From positions 1 through 64,000 of the forward strand of contig ML992521.1 in NCBI GenBank assembly GCA_010093995.1: a stretch of DNA of 64,000 nt, given 5' to 3'. Below are positions 20,682 to 32,762 of the stretch, one piece after another. Below the pieces are notes generated by a model. It ran no database searches, was not told the origin of the DNA, and was given only the letters and a program-made list of their open reading frames with translations. The position numbers and the translations under genes are program-made. Position 1 is the stretch's first letter. The number at the start of each line of letters is the position of its first letter. Source of the stretch: Elsinoe ampelina (lineage: Eukaryota).

Positions 20682-23600
20682 ATGGGCACTATGGACGACC
20701 CATTCGTCGAAACACCGCCTCAGGCGCTACCACAACGACATGGCCCTTTCGATTCCGAAGCCTTCGCCAGCTCACCCAGGCAAGCCAAGTTGGCACTGGA
20801 GGCACACATGAAGGAGACAGACAGAAGGATACAAGAAGCCTCGAAAATCGGATCCACGCTCGTCCAGCAGAGAAAGGATCTCGCCGCCCGCATCAAAGAA
20901 CTCGACGGGAAGAAGGACTCTGAAGAGATAGGTCCAGAGCTGAGGAAGAAGCTGGCCGAGTTGGAGCAGGACTATAGCGACATTGGCCGCGAGTCGGCGA
21001 GGGCTTTCCTTCCAAAGTCCCGAATGGCCTCGAGCGATCATGCCATCGATCCTACCAGAAATCTTGCAGATACTACCAGAAGCCCTGCCGTCTTTGCAGG
21101 CATCTCCGGAGCTTCGCCTTCCAAAGTCGCTGTGCCAGCATCCCGGAAACAGCGAAATCAGCCGTCACAACGTGTACACGATATCGAATTCGCCACAGAG
21201 ATCAGCACGTCGCTCTTGTCACAGGTCAGGAACTTGCAGGCTGCCCTGGTAGAGAAAGACGATGCGTTAAGGCTGGAAACATCGGAAAGAGCACACTTGG
21301 AAACCGAGTACACTTCTCTTAGATCTCGACTACGACACCTCGATGACAATGAGCAAAAGTATAAAGACGAGAATTGGAACTTGGAGACACAACTGCAGGA
21401 CATCACAGCTGCCATGAAAGTGGCGTCTGAAAAAGAGCAAAGAGCGAATCAGGCACTCAAGACGGCACAGTCCGAGAAAGAAGCAATGCTCAGAGACCTT
21501 GAAGAGCTGAAGCAGAATCACGGCAAGCTCGGAGATGACTACAGCGCGGCGAAACGTGCACAGGAAGGCGATCTACACATTCTGAGGCGCGATCTAGCTG
21601 GGCATGAGCATGAGAGGGAGCAGCTCCAAAAGAAGATCGAGGAACTCACGTCTCAGAACACCGAGCTGGCACGGGCTATCTCCTATCGTATGAACGCTGA
21701 TGGCAATGGCTTTGACAACCGGCTCGGGTCTGGCGACGATGAATTGACCACAGACCGAGAATTCTCAGAGGCATCGCCACCGGCTTCCCCGACAAAGCGC
21801 GCACCTGGACAGGGTGTCCTAGAGACCGAGACTCTGCGGTCCTCCATCCAACATGCTCACCGAATGATTCAGACGCTCAAGAACAACATCCATCGCGAAA
21901 AGACTGAGAAGCTTGAGCTCAAGCGGATGCTTCAAGATGCTCGTGACGAGCTCGAGAACAAGCGCGGCGACAACAAGCTGAATAACCTCAAAAATCGCAG
22001 ATCCATGCAAGACGCAGCTAAGATGAGGCGTGCTCGAGCAGATCAGCTAGGTGCCAATCGGGTGAGTCGCGAAGAGATCATTGCTGATGATCCTGAGTGG
22101 GAAGACCACGAGGGCGACATGACATTGCGCTCTTCTACAACCCTCCGGCCTCGGAAGCTGTCTATGCCAGGTGCATATCTGCCGTCCGAAGAGTCGACCG
22201 ATGCTTTTGAGACCGCCAACGAAAAGGATACCAGCACCGAGACCGAAGCTTTCCAGACAGGCAACGAAGGCTTTGACGACGAAAGCAGCGGCGAGATCAC
22301 CGAAACAGAAGTGGTTACAGCGAAGCCCGACAAGACAGCGAAGCGACTATCCTCCTTCCCAACCAGTATCCAGACCAAACGTGCTTCCTTCATGTCAACC
22401 GCATCTACGTCTGCAGACGAGGACGATGAAGAGAATCGCACGCCCGTCACTGCGCATCCGAAATACAAGGTGAAGAGCATGAGGACAAGGAGCTTCTTGC
22501 GTGAGGGCTCCGCATCTGCGAACAATAGTCCTGCATTCAGCTCGGTGTACCGCAACAGTCCAGCTTACAGCCAGACGTCTAGCAATAGAGGCACGCCTGT
22601 TGCAGCTGGTCAAAGTCTCGGTGATGAGCTCAACGGCCTTAGTGATGACGAGAGCGTCATGAGTGGGACACCTAGCAAGAGGGTGAGCATGATCTCTGCA
22701 TCATCTAGTCCTCACAAGTCAATACGCACGCCATCCGTCACGATCAAAGCGACCATGGTCGACTCTGGCATGATGACTGAGCCATGGGAGCCCGAGGCCA
22801 AGGAAGAGAAGTCAAAGGGCGTCCTTGCTGCTACCGCCGGAGCGCTTGGTGGACTTGGTCTCGGCTCTCTCTTGTCCAGCAAGTCTGACGAGAAGGAGAC
22901 CGCGGTACCTACGACACCAATATCATCTGTCTTCTCCAACATCTTATCCAGAAATACCGAGCCTGTTCAGCCGGCAACTCCGGAGCCAACGCCAGCTTCA
23001 CCACGTCACTTCGCGTCTCTGTCTGTTCAGGCTACTGAGCCAGTCCGAGCGGAAGCACCTCCTGCATCACCGAGGCATTTTGCATCCATCTTCTCCCAAA
23101 ATACTGAGCCAGTGCATGTCGAGCCTGCACCGCCTTCTCCGCGCGATTTTGCCAAATTCTCCTCCCAGCATACTGAGCCGGTCCAAGTGCCTGCTTCACC
23201 TCGTGGTTTCGCTTCGTATAGCTCACTGAGTACTGAGCCAAGAGCATCACCACTCCCTGAGCCGGTCCCACAACCTGTTCATGGATTCGCTTCTGTCCGA
23301 TCTACGAACACAGAGCCTGTCGAAGTACCTCCTTCGCCGCCCGCTCCGCAAGCCGTTCACGGCTTCGCTTCCTTCAGGTCTACCGGAACTGAGCCTGTTG
23401 AAGTACCTGCCCCAGCGCCAGTGCCCGAACCAACATACGGCTACACTCCCATTCGATCGCATGGTACTGAGCCCGTCATGACACCGACTGAGGAGAAAGT
23501 TGATGAGACATCATTCTTTGCCATGTCTCCGATCAGATCACAAGCATACGAGCCTTGGTCGCCGTCGGAGAACAATGTGCTGTTCCCGCCACGTCGCAGC

Positions 23601-25436
23601 TCGCGCAGACCCGACGCAATCATTCTTGCGGGCGAGGACGAATTGGAGGCTCCCGCAGATAAGCTCATGGACGAAGGCAACGCACGCAGTGTCGGGCAAG
23701 AGAATACAAGTAGAGCACCCTTCTCTGAACTGTCCAACAATGCTGCAGGCGCTTTGCGACCTGGTTCTACTGCATCGAATGGCGCCACAAAGCGCGCAAT
23801 CATCACATCGGACGAGGGCACTCAAACCACGGTCTCTTCTCAAGAAATTGACAGCTTGATGAGGAACAAGAATGCAGTGTCCAATGGGACGAACGTGGCA
23901 TTCGCTGGTGCTGGTGCAGTTCGTCCGCTGGCCAACACTTCCAGTCCTCGACGCTCGTCAGAGCCTGGCCTACGTGTTGACGCCACCGGTGGTCTCCGCC
24001 GTCCAGGTAGTTCAGGCAGTATCCGTCGGTCACAAGACCCTCCTCCACCTCTACCAACAGAGGCATCAGAGAAGATCGCCCTGGCTGGTGGCAGACCCGT
24101 GCAACCATCAGCTGGTTCCATGGGTCCACCACTTCTACCAGCCTCGGCCTATCGCGCATCCCAGCGAGACCCCTCTGTCCGCTCTCGCACATCAACCATC
24201 AACACTGCCCAGAGAGTGGGGTCCGTCCGAGGCGGTCCGCAAAACGGCTCAGTCCGATCCGAGATGCGCTCACCAATCTCGCGCCGCAGCTCTGTTTCGT
24301 CCTTTGCATCAGAGGTTGACCACCGTCTTAATCCCAATGGTGCATTTGCTTACCCGACTGACCTTCCTGCCGGCACTGATCCTCGCATGATCACAGCCAT
24401 TACTCAGACCATGATTGGCGAGTATCTTTGGAAGTACACACGCAACCCACTTTCCTCGAATACCATGTCTAGCAACCGCCATCGTCGTTTCTTCTGGGTT
24501 CATCCATACACCAGGACTCTCTACTGGAGCGAGCACGATCCTTCAACGGCAGGTAAGCAACAGCTCAAAGCTAAGAGTGTTGCTATCGAAGCAGTTCGCG
24601 TCATTACAGACGACAATGCCTATCCACCTGGCCTTTATGCCAAATCTCTGGTTGTTGTGACTCCAGCCCGGGAGATCGTCTTCACTGCTCCAACAAGCCA
24701 ACGTCACGAGACGTGGTTCAATGCGCTCTCCTACCTTCTCCTTCGCACCAGCCCAGAAGACGCCAACGCCAACGCCGCGGTCGGCTCTGTCGTCGACGGC
24801 TCTCCTGCCATCGGTTCCGATCTGACAGAAGATGAGGTGGCCGAGTTCAATCCTTCGTTCGGTGGCGGCCAGCGTGGCACTCGCATGGGTCGACACAGCC
24901 AGAGCTACGTCAGTGTTTCCTCGTACAGCTCCACCGGCACAGGGCGGAGTAGACCTCACTACATGGACGTGCCGACTTTGACACCGACCAACTACAACCA
25001 GCCTCCAGCACAGTACGCTCAGACAGGCACCGTGCGAAGAGATGGTGCACTCAGCCCTGAGCCCCTCGCGAGTCCAATGCGGAGTCCACGCAGTCCCAGC
25101 ATGTCCGGCCGCTTCAGCAGCATGATGAAGACGGTCGGGCGCAGAAGCGTGAGCAGTCGCCGCAGCACCACAGCAGGAGAAGGATTGCGGAGCCAATCAG
25201 CCGAGGATATGCGGAGACAAATCGAGGAGCAGGAGAGGCTAGACCGCATGGAGAACGTGCGGAGTTGCTGTGATGGTGAGTAATCGAGCTTTGCCTTTGT
25301 GGATATTTACTAATAAAGTCTAGGCAAACACGATGTCGGCACATTGACGAAGAGAGGGGAGAGTTTCAGAGGGAGAGGGGGCAGAGGTCATGCGCACCCT
25401 GCGCCGCAGGATCCGGGGAGTGTGAGCTCGCGGTGA
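20682..25436 (+). CDS. apsA: Cortical nuclear migration protein ApsA/Num1; intron 25276-25323
   Basis: N-terminal coiled coil and C-terminal PH domain (ITQTMIGEYLWKYTR, RHRRFFWVHPYTRTLYWS). Splicing restores ENVRSCCDGKHDVG. Confidence 0.92.
22930..23480 (+). repeat. Degenerate intragenic tandem repeat, 8 units of about 20-27 aa (F-A-S..TEPV..P-x-S-P-R)
   Basis: TEP occurs eight times at regular spacing in the translation, and ACTGAGCC recurs in the DNA. Confidence 0.85.
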
Positions 25437-25842
25437 GGCGAGAGGTACGGAAGATGACGGGTGGTTGCAGTAAGATGAGTGGCGGGGGAGGGAAATGGCG
25501 AGAGGAGACGAGGGGTTGACACATGGTTGACTGGCCTTACTACGGCCGACGTCGAGGTTTTTCCTATATGGTTTGCTTTTCCTCTTTTAGCATCTCGAGA
25601 TACCAGATTGTTGTTCCTGTTTATAGATGCGAATTGGTATTGAACATGATTCACGAGAATATCAATTCCGTGTTGTTTCTTCGTGCAGGTACTGCTTGAC
25701 GATCCAGAATAAACACATCTCATCACAAATCACCTGAAAATCTTCCAATGTGCACCGTCATTTACTGACATTTGCCACGATATATACAACCAACCCGATG
25801 CACAGTCCCTTCCACAACCAACCAGACATATACTTCCCTCCC

Positions 25843-27208
25843 TCAAGCCTCCACATCTTTCGTCATCCTATCCTTCCCCAACTCCTTCTCCCACTCCCAC
25901 CCCCTCCAACCAGGCCACAATCTCCACAGTCCCAAATACGGTGTATTAACCGGACTTTCCCCCGTGAACAACAGTAGATCATACAAGAACCCGCCAAACG
26001 TACACCCGAGAAACGGGCTCACGCACGGCACCCAGAAATACCAGTTGCCCGCGCGGAACACGTTCGTCCCGTAACCCAGGATGTAGCTGGTCAGACGAGG
26101 GCCAAAGTCGCGGGCCAAGTTGATGGCGTAGCCGGTCTCCCAGCCGAAACAGGCGCCGATGCCGAAGATGATGAAGAACAGGCCTAGAGGGGTGAGGTTG
26201 CCTGCGCCGAGGTTGCCGTCTAAAAAAGATCAGTATCCACTGCCGGGTGGCGGGGTATAGGAGGGAGAACTTACCGTCCTTGAGAGCGTAGATGAGGAAC
26301 ATGAGCAGCGTGCTCGCCACGAATTCACTGAAGAACTGCCCAGTGGTAGTCATGAATGGCTGGGGGTAAGTGCAAAAGATCCCCGCGGTTGCGTTCTCGC
26401 TGTACCCCGGCACAGTCCTGATGTTGGGCCCGCCTTCGAATTCCGTGATGGCGGACTTGTAGTTGCCGTAGACGACAAAGGCGGCGGCCATGGCGCCGAG
26501 GATTTGCGCGAGCATGTAGGCGGGGAATTTCTTCCAGGGGAATTTGCGGAAGACGCAGTTGGCGAAGGTGACGGCGGGGTTGAGGTGGGCGCCGGAGATG
26601 CCGGAGCAGTAGCTGGTAGTTGTTAGTGTAGTTGTGGTAGTTCTTTGGCTGAGTACTCACACTCCGAGCATGACGCCGAGGCCCCAGCCCCATGAGATGG
26701 ACTGGTAGTCGCCTGCTTCGCCGTTTGAGAGCGTCACTTGGGCTACGACGCCGTCGCCGAACATGATGAGGATGAAGGTTCCCATAAACTCTGCCAGTGG
26801 TTCGCGGATGGCGTGTCGTACTCTCGGCCATACGAGTTGCGGATGTGACTGGGGATTACTCCTCGCTTCTGCTGTTGCGGAACGGTCGATTGTAGGGCCA
26901 TGCTCTGCGTACGGTGGATACTTGGGCGGACCGCCGCTCGATGCTGAACCAGTGCGGTCGCGCATGGTCTTGCCCACGTAGGTGTCGGCTTGGGAGTAAG
27001 GGCTGTCGTGGATGCTGGAACCGTAGGAAGGGGACGACTTCTTCTCAATGTAGTCGGTGTCCATTACTGCCAGATCGTCGGCGTCGAATGGTGAGTAGGT
27101 CTTCTTGGGTGGGGTGTAGGTGTAGGATAAAGGGATCGGAGGATAGCGGTAAGGCGAGTCGTACAGCCGGACTTCGCTCGGGCGGGTGGTGGTGCGTTTG
27201 GGTGCCAT
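25843..27208 (-). CDS. Aquaglyceroporin (MIP family, Fps1/GlpF-like); introns 26613-26660 and 26220-26274
   Basis: AEFMGTFILIMFGDG, ISGAHLNPAVT (NPA), TAGIFCTYP and GYAINLARDFGPR (NLA followed by RD, glyceroporin type). The start may be the downstream ATG near 27064. Confidence 0.93.
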
Positions 27209-30200
27209 GGTGGGGCGAGGCGAGACAAGGCGGGTTATGTAGTTATGATCACGTAGATGATGGGGATCCTTTGGAGGGGTTTGTTGGCTGACTGCTGGAC
27301 TACTGCTGTGCCGGGAGAGATCCTGCGGTCTGGCTGCCGTGGCGGTACGGGGACCGTTGTACTACCTGCACGGCTGGCGACGCTAGAGTGAGTGGTAGAT
27401 GGTGATATCGGCTTGTTATCTCAAGGCAAGCATGCGAGACGGGAGCCGAGATGGTGCTCGAAACGGACTATCGAAAGTTCCTCTTGGGCCGGACGGGTGA
27501 TGAGGTGCATGAACTACGGGCAGACAGGAAGGAAAAGAGGAGGTAGGAATTGGATATAACATGGACTATACCAACCTTGAGTTGAGGGTTCGGACGATCC
27601 CACGACCGGTCCTAGGTACGTAATGGGGCCTTGTCGCCAAATCGGTGGCAGGCGGGAGGGGTCCGGTGGAAGAGAAGAGACGATGTCACAGTCTTGGTTC
27701 GTACAGAGAGTAGCCTGCGGTTGACAGACGAGCCGCGCTACACCGCAGTGGGTCAAGGGCAGTCTGTGCGAAAGTCTGTCTTGGGCCCTTTTGTGGGTTG
27801 AGAGGGGCTGAAAATGGATGAGCGAAAGGGATGAGCTTAAACGACGATCCGGGGTTTGATATAGAGCAGTCCTCGATTTAGATGCAGTCTCTTGGTGATT
27901 CGGGCTCGGGAGCAGTCTCTGAATGTATTGACATGAGTTGAATCTGTCAGTGGATGGACATGGGATACCTCCTTCGATGTATGCATACATTGGTCGATTG
28001 TCTTCTCGATGCACTTGACATTGGTCTAGTAGATTGAGCAGAAAAGTGAAGCTGCTCATCGAGGTTGACACCTCCAGTCCGGTCGACCAATCACAATCCC
28101 ATCGCAAAAGGCGCACACCGCATTGGAAGTTGGCAAATAGAAAGACCCAGCGTCAACGCCGGGCTGCAGCTCAAACCCTCTCAGACAGCCCGCCGATCGT
28201 GGTAGGTATGAGTGACGATCATCAGCACGTCCTCCACAATCGTCGGCGCTCGATGAAAAGCTTGTCTCTACCTCTTGCATTATTAGCATCAGCCCCTCAA
28301 TGTCGTCCTCGTCGTGACGGCGGGGATCAGCGGGGTTGCGGCAATTGAGGAACTCGAGGGACACGTTCAACTGCCAAAGCACAGTCAAGGTTTGTATCTT
28401 GCTCTGGTAGTTTTCTGTCAGTGGGGACTTTAGACCTCACGCGACACCTTTGATAATCGGTCGGACTTTTTTGTCGGGAGGATTTACCCAGAAATGACCA
28501 GCGGTACGGCAGCCCTGGGAATAAAAAAAAATTCAAGGTTTAGCGCGCGCGCCGGCCACGCCGTGAGACAATGTTGTAACTCCCAGTCTTGAGCCGCGTA
28601 AAAGGAAGGCAGAGGTTCCATAATGCTTCTTCCACCGGCGCAAGTGGCGGCGTGCAGTGATTACTATCGGTTTGTCACTTCGACCTCGCATCTTCGGTCG
28701 CGTGGGAGGCCTGTAAATAAAGGGCCGAGATAACAGCGAGACGGCGCAGCACATGAACAGTCAAGGATTGACAGACCTTTCCCCCGAGCATCCCCAACAT
28801 CCCACGTTCTGGAGATCTGGAGCTGGAACTGGAGCTGAAGCTCAACTTACTTCCAGAGCTGTGACAAGTGTACAGTACAAAGCAGTACCTGCCCCCATCT
28901 GCCCAGACGATAATCCCCCAATGGCGCGACTTGTGGTAAATTGAATCTCACTCTACCAGCGGCAATCCCCCTCGAGCTACATTGTACTCGCGCATGTCTG
29001 ATCACCACCCTGCAGCAGAGGTAAACCTGGTAGTTATCAAATCTACCAAAACATGTTCGCATGTGCTTTCATCCTGCCAAAAAATCAGCGAAGTCGTCCC
29101 TGCCGCGACGGTCGCTGTTCGGCGTCGTGATCGCCTCAGCCACCTGCGCTCCTTCTCGAAGCCATGTCGTCAATGGCGCCGCCCCTTCCCCGCAATCGAT
29201 GACTCGTGTGTCCTTCGAGCCAGCTCTTTGCCTGATCATCAAATCGCACACAAGAAAGGCGATGGTATTGTACGAGCACGATTGGCTGGTAGGAGACAGC
29301 TCCACTGTCGCCGAGTGGTGAAAGGATTCCTTCCGCGGCGCAGCATGTCACGGTCAAGAACTTGTCCGACATCGAGGCTTGTGGAGCTGCATCGTGGGTT
29401 GTTCAAAAGAAGTTGATTACTTCCAGCCCTCGGCGTCTGACACCAACATCGTGGCATTCCTTGGATAGCCGATACGAAAGTCTGAGCTCCATATGCAATG
29501 CCACCCTCCCCTCCCGGACCGCCCTGGGCCACAAAAGTAACTTTTGTTGCTGCGTCCAATGCAAATGATATGCAAGTCCCTTATGCCTCGGCTCAGGAAA
29601 GTGTCTCGCTTTGAGACTGTTCCTGTCGCACATGCTGAACTTTCGAGCTGGCAGAATTGAGATCAGCACCTGTCAAACGTTTGTCGACCAGAGCTCGCAA
29701 TATGGTGTCGAAAATGCGAAAATCTGGAATTTCCCTGAGTTGTCCACCCATGTGAGACAAGGACTTGTTTCCGTGCCGCTGTACTCGAGCGTCCTTCTGG
29801 CATCCTTCGTTGTTGGAGCTAGAGCCGCATCGCAAGAATTGATGGCTGAGCACGGCACACCGGGGTGAACATTTGTCCGCAATATCCCGCCAGCAATATC
29901 AGGAGGCTGGCCGAGAAGGCATGTGACAGGTTTTCATTGTCGAAGCTGGCTTTGCCCTCTTTTTGGTCTCTTCTCCGCTCGTCATCCCGGGGTCTATCCG
30001 TGGTTGAGCATCTAGGCAAGCCTGGGCGGTGGGAGCCGCCCTCGTCAAGAATAATGCAAGTCGCGAAATTGTGTCTCAGATGTGAGAATGGTGAAATGTT
30101 CGTTTTCTTCGTTACTCGGAATAGACATGCTATCTAGCCCTGTGCCACGTCCGTCGCCAATGGCGAGCATGTCACCGTCCATTGCAATCCTCCCGCTGCT

Positions 30201-30403
30201 TGACATAGGAGGGGTGCTTGTGCGCTTTTCCCTCGAGACGTCTGTGTGACATGAATTAGGTACACATGAGCGGTAGGCATGGGAGTGAAAACATACCACA
30301 TCGAACTGAACTTAGCTCTGTAATGGCCTTTTCCTTGGATGCCGTACCACTGGATCGACTTGGTTCTGTGAAGAACTGCATGCTGGAACTCTGGACGCAA
30401 CTT

Positions 30404-31763
30404 CTATTCGCGAAACCAGGGATGCTTAAGCAATTCTGCAGCTGTCGGTCTGTCCGATGCATTGTATTGCATCATACGCCTGATGAGCTTGCAGATCTCT
30501 TTGGCATCTTCGTCGTCCACGTCGTCACCTTTCTGCTGTCGAAAGGCATCCTCTAGTGACGGATCGGTGTGTCGCGGTGAGCCGGGCGTGCCGTATGGTC
30601 TGATATGCTCGCCGTTGGGTCCAAACCACCTGTCGTGTCTGGTCCACGCTGACTTGATATTTTCAGGCAAAGGTCCCAGAATATCGTGCATCTGACACAA
30701 GTGAAGATCGTCCTCAAGTTTCCTGGGAGCGCCCAGTGCGAACAGTGGGAATAAGGCCTGTCCTGTGACGAACTCGTATAGCAAGCACCCTACCGCCCAT
30801 ATGTCAATGCCCTTGCCCACGCGAGTATTGCCGAGTATGACTTCTGGTGCACGGAGGGCAACAGGGGTGACGACCTTCTTTGGAGGATCGTCCGAGAAGA
30901 ATGCTTACAAATGTTAGCAAGCCAATACCGAAAGCTGTCACTATGCACTCACCAGATCCGAGATCCGATAGCTTGGCAGAAAAGTCGGGTTCGAGGCGGA
31001 CAAAGTCGCGGAGTTCCTGCCTGACGAACAGCTTCGCTGGTGCCCAGCGATCCTCCAACCCGTCGATACGCTTCAGCTTATGTGTTGAGAGGGGTCGATC
31101 CTCGTTCTGGCCTAAGTCGCGCTCGGACAAGAAATCGATATTCTCGACAGGAAACAGTATGTTCCCAGGCTGTACATCGCCGTGGATGACGTTGTTGTCA
31201 TGGAGGAATGCTAATCCAGTAAGCGCACTCCGAGCTAGTCTCTTCGCAATCCATAGAGGGAATCGTCGCGGTCCGTGGGTTTCACTTGGAGTGCCGAGTT
31301 GGTCAACGCTAAAAGGCATGTCGCGGATCATTGATGCTGCTGAAGGGCCCATAGCGGGAAAGACGCAACACAGGTGCTTCCCATTTGGACCTTCGTGGTT
31401 GAACATGTTCAGTGGTAGTGTGACATACTCCGATCTTGGATCAGTGCTGCGAGCAACGGCGAGCCTGTAGAGTAGCGGAAGGTGAGCCGAAGAGCTCGAA
31501 GCTTTGGCAACCATGATCTTCAATGCCACGTACTTAGACGTCAGGAGATCCTTCGCTAGCCACACTGTAGAGAACGAGCCTTCTCCCAGTTTTCGTATGA
31601 CTCGATATTGCTCTCCAAAAACGTCGCCAAGGTTGACAGGGTGGTAACCGCCGGGACGATATTCTTCAGCCCATTCACACGCAGCAATATTCTTTTCAAA
31701 TCTCCGGTTCTTGGTGCGATGCAGATCTACGCTTGTAGGGGTAGCTGGTAATGTGGACGGCAT
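30404..31763 (-). CDS. SRPK-like (CMGC) Ser/Thr protein kinase; intron 30904-30952
   Basis: EEYRPGGYHPV, KLGEGSFSTVWLA, YVALKI, IHGDVQPGN, KLSDLG, LRAPEVIL, DIWAVGC and RPTAAELLKHPW. Confidence 0.88.
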
Positions 31764-32510
31764 GTCTGTGGAATGTTACGTGCGATGGAGTGAAGACAAA
31801 GAAGTACCAGGGTAGTTGTTGGCGACGTATGGGCGCGAACAAGAGCAGGTGCGCAAGGTGCGCAGCCCGGTCGTGATGACTCAGCTTTCTGCCAAGCCCG
31901 ACCCAATACACGTCCCACTGTACCACCTCCAACTACACCTCACAGTTTCTGCTGGCGCTGCAAAGCGTCCCTGGGCATGTTGTTGGTTGTCGCCATTACA
32001 CCGCTAGATTGAGCTACCCCCAAAGAAGAGACCGAGGAAGTCTTGTTTCTAGTTTCGATGCGGCGTACGGTTGACGTTGCTCGGGTGTGCTCGCTCAAAC
32101 AACAAATTCTCACGCTCAAAACAACTTTTTGATATCTGGTGATTAGCGGACAAAAACGTATCTGGTAGTATTGTTGTTCCTCATCCTACCAGTAAAATTT
32201 TATTGGACACAGTTCTACGACGTCCTCACGCGTTGATAACGTCCTCCACGGGGATACCAGCCTCCGACCCGTTTTAAGCTTTCACCCAGTCAGACAGTTT
32301 CATTGCATTCTCCAGGGTTGCAACCCTAGGTCAGGCGAGAAGGAAGAATCCCTGTGGAGGACGTTCTCCATAATAAAATGCCCCGTGCGCTTTGCAGCCC
32401 GGTCAATCCCTACGTCAGCCAATCGGACAAATCTCAGGGCGAGACTCGCGGTGCGGGCTGCGGCCAGGCAAGTCCCAAAGTGACCAGCAAAGACCAGGCA
32501 CGCGGCTTAC

Positions 32511-32711
32511 GCGGGGCAGTCAATCTTCCCACGACATCCACTCTAGCTTAGGTTTCTCCGTGACGATACACGACCGGGACTGGCTCTGTCAAAAGCCACG
32601 AGGTCGGATTCTTGTCCTGCTTGCCCTGCCTTCATATAATCCCACTTGATCCCTGTGTCAGACGCCAATTGCTTTCAGGATACCCCGCTTGCTGCCACTT
32701 TTTTACCCCGC
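32511..32711. promoter_or_regulatory. Three CreA/Mig1-type SYGGRG sites in the glycerol kinase promoter
   Basis: GCGGGG at 32511-32516, and CCCCGC at 32683-32688 and 32706-32711. Confidence 0.5.
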
Positions 32712-32762
32712 CATACCATACACTCATCCCTGCTACCACCAAACTGTTTGGCATAACACAAC

